A stretch of 63,509 bases of DNA, filler included, from Licmophora abbreviata (GCA_900291995.1; 11 parts of 11 records of this genome joined end to end with filler, not necessarily neighbours in it); one strand, 5' to 3'. Counted from the whole stretch's first letter, positions 9,898 through 20,927 are shown. Made by a program: numbers and translations. Notes: generated by a model from the letters alone, not told the origin.

Positions 9898-11422
9898 ATG
9901 GCCATGCGACCCAGGGTGTGATAAACTGCCTTTAGACTCTGACAAGCCGTCCTGTCGCTTCGGTGTCGTGCTCTTCGTGTGCGCGAATGAACTCCGCGAC
10001 GATGACCGGGCTGGAAGTCTCGCTGCCGCCGTCCCGTCCATCTCGGATGCTGCCAGCGACGGCAAGCTATCGTATGATGAAGTGCCTCTTTTCTTATCAG
10101 ACGCGATGGGAGGAACATTTCTAATCGACGACGGGCGAACGATCGACCCAGACTCAGACACGTTGCCATTCGGCTCTGGTGAGCTCCCTTTCGGCTTGGG
10201 TGCCGTCTTTTTCATTGGCGCAAAGAGACTCCTCAACGATGAGCCTGTGGGAAGCGCCGCTGCCGTCTCCTCATCCTTTTCGGAATCCGTCAACAAAGGT
10301 GCTTCTTCACTATTTGAAGTCCCTTGCTTCTCAGCCTCGCTGGAGTCAGAAGGAATACTCATGGTGGATGACGGGCGAGTACTCGACCCAGGCTTCAACA
10401 TGCTTCCATTTATACTCCCAGACATTGGCAATAAGCTTTCGTTTGGTGTCATGTTCTTTATGGGTGCCAAGTCCCTCTTCTGCGGTGAGACCCTTGGAGC
10501 TCCCGCCTCCACCATTCCATCCCTTTCGGATGCTACCAACGACAGCGATTGTTCGTGAGATGAAGATGGCTCCATCTTCTCAGCCTCACTGGAGTCAGAA
10601 GGAACACTCATGGTGGATGACGGGTGAGTACTCAACCCAGGCTTCATCACGCTTTCGTTTCTATTCGCAGACACTGGCAAGCTTTTGTGCGGTGTCATGT
10701 CCTTTATGGGCGCCAAGTCGTCACTCTTCTGCGGTGAGACCCTTGGAGCTCCCGCCTCCACCACTGCATCCCTTTCGGATGGTTCGTGAGATAAAGATGT
10801 CCTTTTCTTCTCATCCTGTGTAGAATCGGAAGGAATATTCCTGGTGGATGGTTGGCGAATAGTCGACCCAGGAATCATCACGTGTTCGTCATTATTCACA
10901 GATACTGGCAAGCTTTCTTTCGGTGTCATGCTCTCTGTTGGCGCGATGTCACTCCTCTGCGGTGTTCCCGTTGGATCTTTCGCTGCCACGTTTCCATCCA
11001 TTTCGGAGGATACCAACGAAGGTGAACTCTCGTGCGGTGGAGACGCCGCCTTTGTCTCAGCCTGAATGGAATCAGAAAGCGATTTTCTGGTAGACGATGC
11101 ACGAACATTCAATCCAGGCTCGGGTACGTTTTCTTCGCTGTCCGGTTCGCTCTCTTTAGAGTCTGCTACACATTCTTTGGAATCTGGCGCGCTAGCTTTT
11201 AGGTTCAGGCTCGTCGGCAAACTTTGCAAAGAAGAATTCATCGCTCACAGAAGAGGCGGACAGAGAATTTGGATGTAATTTTCGCATTTCTCCATTGAAC
11301 AGTTTCCTCAATCGCGCTTCTGAAAGAATCGTCCGAAGAGAGGCACTGCGAGGGGGCGTAAACCCAGTCGCAAGCGTTAGCCACACTGTCAGTAGCAGGA
11401 CAGCCTGCATGAACCGCATCAT
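9898..11422 (-). CDS. Plastid-targeted Ser/Pro-rich repeat protein 4 (apparent frameshift at ~11197-11200; 3' end in gap)
   Basis: ORF 11192-11422 (MMRFMQAVLLLTVWLTLATG|FTPPRS) joins ORF 9850-11241 if one A is removed from CCTAAAAGCT, giving ...EPEPKASAPDSKE. About five ~70-aa repeats (PGSSTRPSST..IPSDS..AEK...SE[RMK]DG...LAP[IM]KxxTP). Confidence 0.75.
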
Positions 11423-11560
11423 CGTGAAGAAACCGGTTCGAGTTTGAGTTCTCTTTTCTCCATGGTGATTCTAAGCTCAGAGTTCAGAACTTCAAAGCGT
11501 TTCAATCTTTAAGTCGATTTTGTGTCTGTATACTACGAAGTACTAGGTACCAGATGTTTG

Positions 11561-11573
11561 CGTAGAAACCTAC
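11561..11573. promoter_or_regulatory. Shared upstream element CGTAGAAACCTAC (gene 4)
   Basis: 139 bp upstream of ATG 11422. Confidence 0.6.
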
Positions 11574-12080
11574 GGGAGAGCACTCTGTACGTCGTACGTT
11601 GGGAGTGTATGAACACAGAAGATTCGATCCCCAGCGTTTCATTAAACTTTCACAAGAAAGTATTATCTTTTATGAGAGTACGCACGTTGGAGAGTGATCG
11701 ACGACGCAGACAAGCATACACTGCACACACCAGAGTCAGTCAGACGCTTTGCGTTTGAAGGGCTATCTGCACTATCGTCGATTGGCGGCGCCGAGTTACA
11801 CACTGTGCTGCATCGGTAGACCCTGCCGTTTGCACCGTTATCAGCCACCCATCACACTTCCACCTACTGTAGAGAGTAAACTGTACTTGTATGGGCAAAC
11901 ACATCTTGTTAACCTTAGCTCTGCGATGTTTGAAATGATGGTATCATGTCGGTACTGTCGCCTGGTCGGCTTTAGCGATGGCGCTCGACTGCTCGGGAAT
12001 TTTCTTGTGTCCTCGCTCTCCTCCTGAACTAGTCGATGCGAATTGCTCTCGTCTGCAAATTCGCTAAAAATATTGTCGAA

Positions 12081-13392
12081 CTAGGAAGCCAAGCTCTGAA
12101 CCCTGGTCCCATCAATCCTAGACGACACAAACTCGGTCATGGCTCTAGCATAAGGCGATTCTACGGACGAAGCAAATGAAAACTCCGCCGGCTTGGGTTG
12201 ATGAGACCCGGGTGGAACATTGTTGAGAAACGGCTCGAGATTAGACCCTGCCACTGGCGCACCACCGCTCGGGCGCGCTGTGCTCGTGGCAAGTGCCGAT
12301 GTAGAGGTCGCGGAGTTCGCCGTCGAGCTCGCTACGAGAGCCGCCGTGTTCTTGATTGGTGTCAAGTTACGGGGTCCTGCAACCCTTCTCCCATCGATGC
12401 CGGACAGCATAAACTCTGCCATGGCTCTTTCATAGGGGGTTTCTACTCTCGATGCAAAAGAAGCCTGTTCTCGGTTCGCGGGCCCGGGATAGCCCGGTGG
12501 GACATTGTTGAGGAAGGGCTCCAGATTCGAACCTCCCCGAGGTGCTCTCACAGCTGGAAAATCAGCGCTGGTCGTAAGCGCGGAGCTGCTCTTTGTCAGG
12601 GTTGAGGCAAACAGGGACGTCTTGGTTGCGAAAGCTGGTTTCACGTTCAACCCTGATTTGATGGATCCGTGTGNNNNNNNNNNNNNNNNNNNNNNNNNNN
12701 NNNNNNNNNNNNNNNNNTTAATTAATTAANNNNNNNNNNNNNNNNNNNNNNNNNNNNNNNNNNNNNNNNNNNNTTGGCGGGTGCAGCCTCTTCCACTGCA
12801 GCCTCTTTCGGTGCAACAGCCGTGTCCTTGGCGCTGGTCTCCTTGGCAGTTGCACTCTTCTTGTTGGGTGCCAGCGTTTTGGCAGCAGTACCCGTAGTAG
12901 TAGCAGCAGCAGTGGTGGTGGCGCGTCTCGCTACCCTCCTCCCATCGATCCCCGAAAACAGAAACTCCAACATGGTCCTCTCGTAGGGCGATGCTTCCTT
13001 CGATTCAAATAAGCGCGCCAGATTCAAGCGAATGTCCTTGTAGTAAGAGCCAGGTGGGACATTAAAGAGAAACGGCTCACTGTCCGAACGCGGAGCCCTC
13101 TCTTTCGCCTGTGGTGGTGTAGTAGTCGTCGTTGTTACGAAACCACTACTCTCCGTGTTGCTCCCGTCGGAGATGATAGAAAGACCTTGTGTAGCATTCT
13201 GGTCGTATCTTTTTGACTGCTGCTGCTAGTAGCTGGGACGGACCCTGCTGCATGATGTGAGAAACTTCGTCCCTGCGAGCCTATAGAGCCACTGTTGATG
13301 AATGGAGCAAATTGTAGCGTGAATCCAGCCACAAGCTGTGACCCGCACAGAGCCATCAGAAGCGGAAGAACGTGTGCAGAGAGAATCAACAT
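12081..13392 (-). CDS. Plastid-targeted repeat protein 5 (spans gap 12674-12773; apparent frameshift at ~13210-13214)
   Basis: ATG 13392 MLILSAHVLPLLMALCGSQLVAG|FTLQF. Adding one A in CAAAAAGA links it to the frame RYDQNAT...EPFLFNVPPG...SPYERTMLEFLFSGIDGRRV. The same repeat (EPFLNNVPPG...PYERAMAEFMLSGIDGRRV) occurs twice more after the gap, in ORF 12081-12650. Confidence 0.75.
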
Positions 13393-13575
13393 CCTGACAG
13401 AGAGACTGAGAGAGGGTCTGCAGAAGTGCACTCACTTGTCTATTAGTCTACTGTCGTGTGGAAGTGAGTGTTAACCGAACGTGAGAATCGAATCAACCTG
13501 AAAACTGAAAATCCATTCTTGCGTGGTGCAGTTTTGAGTGTTGAAGCGAGCTCTCGTCGGCCGGTAATGATTTCG

Positions 13576-13588
13576 CGTAGAAATGCAC
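13576..13588. promoter_or_regulatory. Shared upstream element, variant CGTAGAAATGCAC (gene 5 / divergent ALDH)
   Basis: 184 bp upstream of ATG 13392; TTCGCGTAGAAAT is identical to the gene 3 site. Confidence 0.45.
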
Positions 13589-13914
13589 TTCACGGCATTT
13601 CAGTCGAAGGATTCTAACACTCCTGCACGGTCGTGAGCGAACTTGTACAAACGGAAGGGTTTGCTGACGACTACTAAGTATCGTAGTATACTGGCGCGAT
13701 AGGAATTGGATGACGTGTTTTTAGTTTTTAGCTCGAAGTCGCAACAGACGCAACGTCGCAGTGTCGGATATATCTGGTTAACCTAACTGCTTACCGTCCA
13801 TGGCATTGCTTTCATCGATAAAACCTTGCAACGTTAGCGAGAACGACCGCAAGCCGCAGCCCCGCAAGAAGCAATCCGAGCTCCTCCCTCCCGAAGTACC
13901 GGTGTGAGTAGAGA

Positions 13915-15747
13915 ATGAACGCCGCTTCGAATCTGCTTTCGGGCGTCGAAACGTCTCCTCAGACGGCAGTTCTGGCCAGCCTCTGCGCCGTGCTCCTGTA
14001 CCTCAAGCTCGCGGACTGGAATGTCTTCTTTCAACTTAGACTCGCTCTCGAGTTTCTCCTCCCCGTCCCCCTGATCCATGTGGAAATGACCTCCGCCGAA
14101 GCCGAGGACGACGGAGTCCGCTCCAAGCCGTCCAGAACCACCGATCTCAGAGACCGCAAACGCCCTGGCTTCATCCAGTGCTACGACCCCTCCACGAAAC
14201 AGCGTCTCGGCGAAGTCGTCGCCATGACCGAACAAGATGTCCACGATCTGTGCGAGAAAGCTGCCAAGGCCCAAAAGACATGGGCCAAGACTACTTTTGC
14301 AGAACGACGCAAAGTGCTTCGCACCATGCAAAAGTACATTGTCCATCATATAGAGGACATTTGCCGCGTCTGCTCTCGCGACTCGGGCAAGCCCAAAGTC
14401 GATGCCTTGCTCGGGGAAGTCATGACGACTTGTGAAAAGATTCGATGTATGAATGCCAATGGCGAACTCTGGTTGCGGCCTTCCTACCGGCCGACGGGAC
14501 CCATCATGGTGCACAAGTCCGCCTTCGTCGAGTACGTTCCCTTCGGAGTGCTCGGGGTCATTGCACCTTGGAATTATCCTGCGCATAACATGTTCAACCA
14601 CATTATCTCAGGCATTTTCGCTGGAAATGCCGTGGTAGGAAAGGTCTCGGAACACACCTCGTGGAGTGCCGAGTACTTTTCGCGCATCGTGTCCAAGGCC
14701 TTGGAGGTGCATGGACATGACCCCGACTTGGTCCAGACGGTAACGGGGTTCGGCGAGGCTGGGGCCGCGCTCGTTGCGGATCCGCTCGTCGACAAGGTAA
14801 TCTTTACAGGATCTCCTGCTGTTGGGAAGAGGGTCATGGAGGGAGCGTCGAAACATCTCAAGCCCGTCATTTTGGAATTGGGCGGCAAAGATGCAATGGT
14901 CTTTTGTGAGGATGTCAAGCTAGAGGATGTCCTTCCGTGGGCTATGCGTGGGTGCTTCCAGAACTGTGGTCAAAACTGCTGCGGAGTCGAGAGGCTCTTT
15001 GTCTACGAGGGTATCCACGATGAGTTCATTGACAGGATTCGCGTCAAAGTGGAAGGTCTTCGTCAGGGAGTCCCTTTGAAGACTTGCGGCTCTAGTGGTG
15101 ATGTTGATTGTGGCGCCATGGTGATGGATGGCCAGATGCCTATCATTCAGGAGCTCATTGACGATGCTGTGGCCAAGGGGGCGACTCTGCATTGTGGCGG
15201 GAGGCGGAACCCGAACCTCAGTGGACAATTTTATGAACCGACTCTCATTAGTGGCATTACTAGCAACATGAGAATTTCTCAAGAGGAAGTGTTCGGACCC
15301 GTCATGTGTGTTGTTAAAGTACCGAATGATGATGACGATGAATGTGTCCGCCTCGTGAACAACTGCAACTTTGGCCTTGGCTCGAGTGTCTATTCTGGAC
15401 GCCAGGCGCGAGGAGTCAAGATTGGTCGTCAGATTCGTAGTGGAATGTTCACAGTAAACGACTTTGGAGTGAATTATCTCATCCAGAGTCTTCCTTTCGG
15501 CGGAGTCAAGGAGAGTGGATTTGACCGATTTGCTGGCCCGGAAGGTCTTCGCGCGTGCTGCCTAGAACGCTCTATGGTATTGGATCGCATCCCGGGAGTC
15601 AGGACTTCCATCCCGCAGCCAATCAACTACCCTATCGACAAGAACAAGGGATTGCCGTTTTGTTTGTCCTTGATTCGGCTATTGTACGACGAAAGCTGGC
15701 TCGGAAAAATGATGGGAGTATTTGGGCTAATGAAGAACGGTTCCTAG
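13915..15747 (+). CDS. NAD(P)-dependent aldehyde dehydrogenase, ALDH22A1/MSC7-like with N-terminal membrane anchor
   Basis: APWNYP, FTGS, ILELGGKD (catalytic Glu), FQNCGQNCCG (catalytic Cys), EEVFGPV, QSLPFGGVKESG; hydrophobic N-terminal extension. Confidence 0.93.
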   Translation: MNAASNLLSGVETSPQTAVLASLCAVLLYLKLADWNVFFQLRLALEFLLPVPLIHVEMTSAEAEDDGVRSKPSRTTDLRDRKRPGFIQCYDPSTKQRLGEVVAMTEQDVHDLCEKAAKAQKTWAKTTFAERRKVLRTMQKYIVHHIEDICRVCSRDSGKPKVDALLGEVMTTCEKIRCMNANGELWLRPSYRPTGPIMVHKSAFVEYVPFGVLGVIAPWNYPAHNMFNHIISGIFAGNAVVGKVSEHTSWSAEYFSRIVSKALEVHGHDPDLVQTVTGFGEAGAALVADPLVDKVIFTGSPAVGKRVMEGASKHLKPVILELGGKDAMVFCEDVKLEDVLPWAMRGCFQNCGQNCCGVERLFVYEGIHDEFIDRIRVKVEGLRQGVPLKTCGSSGDVDCGAMVMDGQMPIIQELIDDAVAKGATLHCGGRRNPNLSGQFYEPTLISGITSNMRISQEEVFGPVMCVVKVPNDDDDECVRLVNNCNFGLGSSVYSGRQARGVKIGRQIRSGMFTVNDFGVNYLIQSLPFGGVKESGFDRFAGPEGLRACCLERSMVLDRIPGVRTSIPQPINYPIDKNKGLPFCLSLIRLLYDESWLGKMMGVFGLMKNGS

Positions 15748-15900
15748 CTAGCAAAGTTACATCGTCTGATGCAATACCCGTATGTACTAGGACAGCTGTT
15801 GCTCAATAGGACGTCGCTCTCCTTACCGTGTGTTTGCGATGATGCAGCGCCCCAGCAACCAGCCGCAGTTACGTTTCTGAGCACAGAGCTCGCCAAGAGC

Positions 15901-17032
15901 CTATGTTGCGGTGTTGGAGGCAGCCCGTGCTAGTTCATGGTACCGCTCCGTGACACTAGCACCCAAATAGGCCAACTCAAGCTCCCATTTCTCCAAGGAT
16001 GACTGACAAAGAACTCGGCGACCCAGCTGTTCGGTTTCTAGCCACAGAATCTCTCGAAAGAATTGTTCTAGTGCAGTCTTGTAGATCATCATATCGACTT
16101 GAGACAGCGATTCCACGGCTCGTAATGTCTCCTGGGACAAATCGCGGAGAATCGGACGGCGCCCATAGCTGTGATGCGTCTGATGTGTATCTTCTGTACT
16201 CAGTGCGATCGGGCAAACACATTCCGTGTCCAGGTATGCTTGAACGCTGGTACTGCGACTCTGTATTCTTTGAAACAAGAGACATTTACTTTCGTGGAAG
16301 AACTCAGGCAAGGCAACGAAGTCTAGGTCCCATAAAGTCCAGTTTGCGAGCGTCGGGTCAGGCGAGATATTGGGGGGAGGATGACCTCGCGGTAGCTTCT
16401 CTGTGGCAGTAAGGTACTGACTGATGTAGTTCGATGGGTCTAAGCATTCGTAGCTGTGTTCAGCTGGCGCCGGAAAACCCGAGACGAAGTGTGTGAGCCA
16501 CCGATTGAAGTCGATGATATCACTCTCCGCGGTGTTTCCGCTTCTTGGAAAGTTCGTCTTTGAAGTCGTCTCTTTCCCCCAGGAGGAGTACTTGCATTCT
16601 GCAAACTGAGACCATATGTGATGTCGGGGACTCTTAATTGATGTCGCAAGATAGGCACTTGGGATATTCATACGTTGCCATTCGACGCTCCACTCAGCTC
16701 CTCGTTCCTGGCCCGGATATACATAAGGGAGCACGGCTCTCAGCTCATGAATCCATGAAGCACCGGCGGTTTTGGCAATGTGAATGAACCCAAACGGCTC
16801 GTTATTGATAAAACTGGAGCATCGATGGGGTGCAATTTCACAAGCGGTTCTATAATGAGAGTCGAGACTGGATTTTCGCGTTGCTCCTGGAGGCATCGCT
16901 GAATGTTCCTGCTATTTCACGAAAGTTTAGAACCATGACGAGACCTACACTCATGGCAGCAAGCAGACAGAAGGCTGCCGAGAAAGGAAAGCTACAGCCT
17001 CGCTTGGTTTGTTTCAGTTCAAGCCGATTCAT
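15901..17032 (-). CDS. Type II membrane (Golgi-type) sulfotransferase, copy A (apparent frameshift at ~16873-16876)
   Basis: FIHIAKTAGASW (5'-PSB loop) and KSPRHHIWSQF (3'-PB-like). The N-terminal TM ORF 16850-17032 joins on removal of one A (GCGAAAATCC vs GCGAAATCC in copy B). Confidence 0.78.
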
Positions 17033-17729
17033 GATAGCCTTCTATATTTCTTGGCTCGTCGCGGTCGATAAAGAGCGTCTTGCAATGCAATTTGATGAAG
17101 AAGATCTTGGTCGAGAGTCAAGTCGAGAGTGTGCTGAAAGTTGTTTTCAGCGCACCAGCAAGAAGCGACGTATCATATCATGCGGGTAGTATAGTAGTAG
17201 TATCGTATGATATGTATGATACAGGTACCGGTGTGCGTACCTCTAGTAGCCAAAAATAGGTATTTATTGTATACATCTTTTAAACTTTTGAATGACAAAA
17301 TGTGGGATAAGTATCATTACCGTTGGGCTATTANNNNNNNNNNNNNNNNNNNNNNNNNNNNNNNNNNNNNNNNNNNNTTAATTAATTAANNNNNNNNNNN
17401 NNNNNNNNNNNNNNNNNNNNNNNNNNNNNNNNNATGAGGCCGATGCTGCTGGTACCCCGTTACCATAAACGGTTGGGAATCTATTTTCCGTTGCAGCCAG
17501 TACCTATACATAGCTCGGACCTACCATCCACAGGCGCATTTGTCTGTATGTCATTCTTGTAAAGGGATCGTCGTCTAAACAACTGACTCGACTCACTCCT
17601 TCCCATTCAGTAGACCTAGGAGTTTGTCCAATCAAGATTGTTTTTCTACATGTAGCAAGGTCTTTGAAAAGTCGCATTTGTCCCGAGATGCGTGGTAGAT
17701 CTACCATCCACCAGCGCATTCTGGGGATG

Positions 17730-17952
17730 AATTTGACCGACGTGCTGGTCCAGAAGGACGTCGCGCTTGCTGCCTGGAACGCTCTATGCCGTGTGCCAGG
17801 ACTACAATCCCGCAGCCGATCGAGTTTACCCTATCGACAAGAACAATGGATTGCCGTTTTGTCTGTCCATGATTCGACGATTGTACGACGAAAACTGGCT
17901 CAGAAAAATGATTGGGGATGTGGTATAGGGAAAGAACGGTGGGCAGCTAGCA
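17730..17952 (+). pseudogene. Degenerate duplicate of the 3' end of the ALDH gene
   Basis: atttgaccga...tgctgcctggaacgctctatg...accctatcgacaagaacaa.ggattgccgttttgt...ttgtacgacgaaa matches ~15519-15755, with indels. Confidence 0.85.
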
Positions 17953-18044
17953 AATTTACAATGTTGAATAAGCAGTACTGCTAGGAAAAAATAGGTCGTC
18001 CTTCATCCATGACACGGAACGCCCAGTCGCATCTACGTTTCTGA

Positions 18045-19232
18045 TCAAAGAGCTCGCCTATGCTGCCGCTTGGAAGCAGCCCGTGCTAGTTCATGGTACC
18101 GTTCCGTGACATTAACACCCAAATAGGCCAACTCAAGCTCCCATTTCTCCAAGGATGACTGACAAAGAACTCGGCGGCCCAGCTGTTCGGTTTCTAGCCA
18201 CAGAATCTCTCGAAAGAACTGTTCTAGTGCAGTCTTGTATATCACCATGTCGACTTGAGATAACCATTCCACGGCTCGTAATGTCTCCTGGGACAGATCG
18301 CGGAGAATCGGGCGGCGCCCATAGCTGTGATGCGTTCGATGCGCATCCTCGATGCTCCGTGGGATCGGGCAAACACATTCCGTGTCCAGGTATGCTTGAA
18401 CGCTGGTACTGCGATTCTGTATTCGTTGAAACAAGAGACACTTACCTTCGTGGAAGAACTCCGGCAAGGCAACAAAATTTAGGTCCCATAAGGTTCGGTT
18501 TGCAAGCGTCAGGTCAGGAGAGACAGTGGGGTGATGACCTCGCGGCAGCTGCTTTGTGGAAGTGAGGTACTGACTGATGAAGTTCGATGGGTCGTAGCAA
18601 TTGTAGTATTGTTCAGCTGGCGCTGGCAAACCCGAGACAAAGTGCGTGAGCCACCGACTGAAGTCGATGATATCACTCTCTGCGGTGTTTCCGCTTCTTG
18701 GAAAGTCGCTCTCCTTAGTTGTCTTTCTCCCCCAATAGGAGTATTTGCATTCTGCAAACTGAGACCATATGTGATGTCGGGGACTCTTCACTGACGTCGC
18801 AAGGTATGTGCTTGGAAGATTCTGACGTTGCCATGCGACGCTCCATTCCTGCCCCCCTTCTCTGCCCGGTTGTACGCGAGGGAACACGGCTTTCAGCTCG
18901 TGAATCCATGAAGCACCGGCGGTTTTGGCAATGTGAATAAACCCAAACACCTTGTCATTGACAAAACTGGAACATCGATGGGGTGCAATCTCACAAGCGG
19001 TTCAATAATGAGAGTCAGAAGGGTCGAGACTGGATTTCGCTTCGCTCCTGGAAGTATCGCTGAATGTTTCTGCTGTTTCGCGAAAGTATAGAGTCATGAT
19101 GAGACCCAAATTCATCGCAGCAAGCAGACAGAAGGCTGCGGTTCGGATTGAAACACTAAAGCCACACTTGGTTTGCTGCTTTGCAAACGGATTCGCGGTC
19201 AAGCTTTCTATTTCTTGCTCCGTCCCCATCAT
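18045..19232 (-). CDS. Sulfotransferase copy B with in-frame TGA at 19002-19004 (possible pseudogene)
   Basis: ORF 19002-19232 (TM) and ORF 18045-18950 are in the same frame; SHY-TGA-TACEIAPH where copy A has SHY-AGA(R)-TACEIAPH. Confidence 0.75.
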
Positions 19233-19751
19233 TCGTATCCAACATCAACTACTCGTAGTACCGGTAGGGCCACAAAGTGTGTATTTCATAGGTATCTGGC
19301 ATCCAAAGCGGCGTTGTTGTTCGAAAGGTCCAACAGAATACGGTCATACGAGTATGACCAGCACTGTGACAGCCTCTCCGCGTTGCAGTTTTGCGCCAGT
19401 ATGTATACAGTACCTCCGGGTTTTAGGGACTTCTGGCGTTTAACTGATGACAACAACTTCAAACTGAGGAGAAACTCAGCCGAAAAGTAAAGAGAAGCTA
19501 ACGGTATGCTACTAATTTAAGGCGGTTGAAGTGGATGCCAGACTTCTATGATACAAATGCCACACAGCCGGAAGCTCCAGATGAGAGAAAGTGGCCTGCT
19601 GTAATATTGCTGTACGAGTACCAGGTTGACATTTACCGCATTGGGTTTCATTCGTTTTGAGCCAAAGAGGAATGTGAGATGCAAGATCTGCTCGTCAGAT
19701 GCTGATTCTGCATTTTCCTTAGCCACTACTAGTATTTATTCCGATTCGCAA

Positions 19752-20927
19752 TCATATCCCTCCATCAGAACAGAGGTGCTTGATTTGATAGGAGTAGACG
19801 CCCTCGATCTTGTCGACCAACTCGGTGGCGTTCACCCACAAAGGCTGGTCGCGCGCAAAAATGTGTGCCAAAGGCCCTGCCCTGGTACTCAAGCCAAGCG
19901 ATTCGAGATACTCCGTTACGGGCCCATAGTCTCCAGGTTGTAGCAGTGAGGGAAGTCTGTTCAAAAACTCCTTGATTGCCGAAGCATTGTACTTCAGTCG
20001 GGCTTTGAGAGCAAGTGTCAACTTCTCTACTTGACCTGGATCAGGGGGCATGGCTGGTTGAGGGACCTCTAAAATGGAATAGTTGTGCAGTCCGTGATCA
20101 GCTGCAATATTCCTGTAGCCTTCGTGGACAAAGCCAAAGGGAGTAATTTCAATGACAGCAGCGTCATTGGGCACAAAGTGCGCTAGCCAAAGCCCTTGTC
20201 CATGTGCCGCCACCAGTATCGAACGGCTGCTTGCAAACTCAATTTGCTGTCGAAACGTCTTGAGATCCGGTTCCAGTGTAAGGTCCAGATACTGGTATTT
20301 AATCCTCCGTCGCTGAAGTTCAGTCTCAATCTGAGGAAAGTTCTCAATGTAGCGTGCTCGGTTCGTGGAATTGAGGAAGCGCAAGACGATTGTAACTTTC
20401 GGCGGGCATTCGATTTTCGGTGGAGGGAGCGACAAGGCTGATCGTATCCTTTCAAGGTAAGCGTTGTAGGCTTGTCGCTGCACGCCTGTTATGTCCCAGT
20501 GATGGAATGCATTGGTTGGTGATATCTGTCCAAGCGAGGCGTTTGCGAAACAGGTGTACCGACGCTTGTCGTCCAGAATTTCGTCGGCGTGCTTGTCTGA
20601 GAAGTCTGTCACTCGGCCGAGAACCGTCCGTTGTTCTTTTACCCCTAGCATGGAAACAAACTGTAGGTAGGAGANNNNNNNNNNNNNNNNNNNNNNNNNN
20701 NNNNNNNNNNNNNNNNNNTTAATTAATTAANNNNNNNNNNNNNNNNNNNNNNNNNNNNNNNNNNNNNNNNNNNNAGTACTAGTACTAGTAGGAGTAGCAC
20801 AATTCCCAACGAGGACCAATCTCAGTAGCACTTCATAGTCCAGCGTCAGCCATTGGACTGCTGCTAGAATGAAGATTGAAAGGCCAAAGACTGCACTCTT
20901 AAAGGCTCTGTGACGCCTCACGCCCAT
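19752..20927 (-). CDS. Glycosyltransferase family 61 (DUF563), type II membrane; spans gap 20675-20774
   Basis: FRQQIEFASSRSILVAAHGQGL...AVIEITP catalytic-region motif; N-terminal MGVRRHRAFK + TM segment (ATG 20927) on the other side of the gap. Confidence 0.75.

Noticed and set aside
4085..12545. AWSP (gene 2) and PRGGS (gene 5) as PYCO1 KWSP-type motifs
   Set aside because: Single partial matches in different proteins; insufficient to call PYCO1 orthology
11197..13214. Programmed ribosomal frameshifting in cluster genes 4 and 5
   Set aside because: The shifts are in opposite directions, and the same homopolymer indels hit unrelated genes such as CBS
3197..13716. Single CCRE-like hexamers near cluster genes (TGACGC 3197, ACGTCA 7279, TGACGT 13711)
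   Set aside because: Isolated 6-mers are expected by chance; not seen for every gene
18990..19010. In-frame TGA as selenocysteine
   Set aside because: The paralog has Arg (AGA), not Cys, at this site; no SECIS recognised
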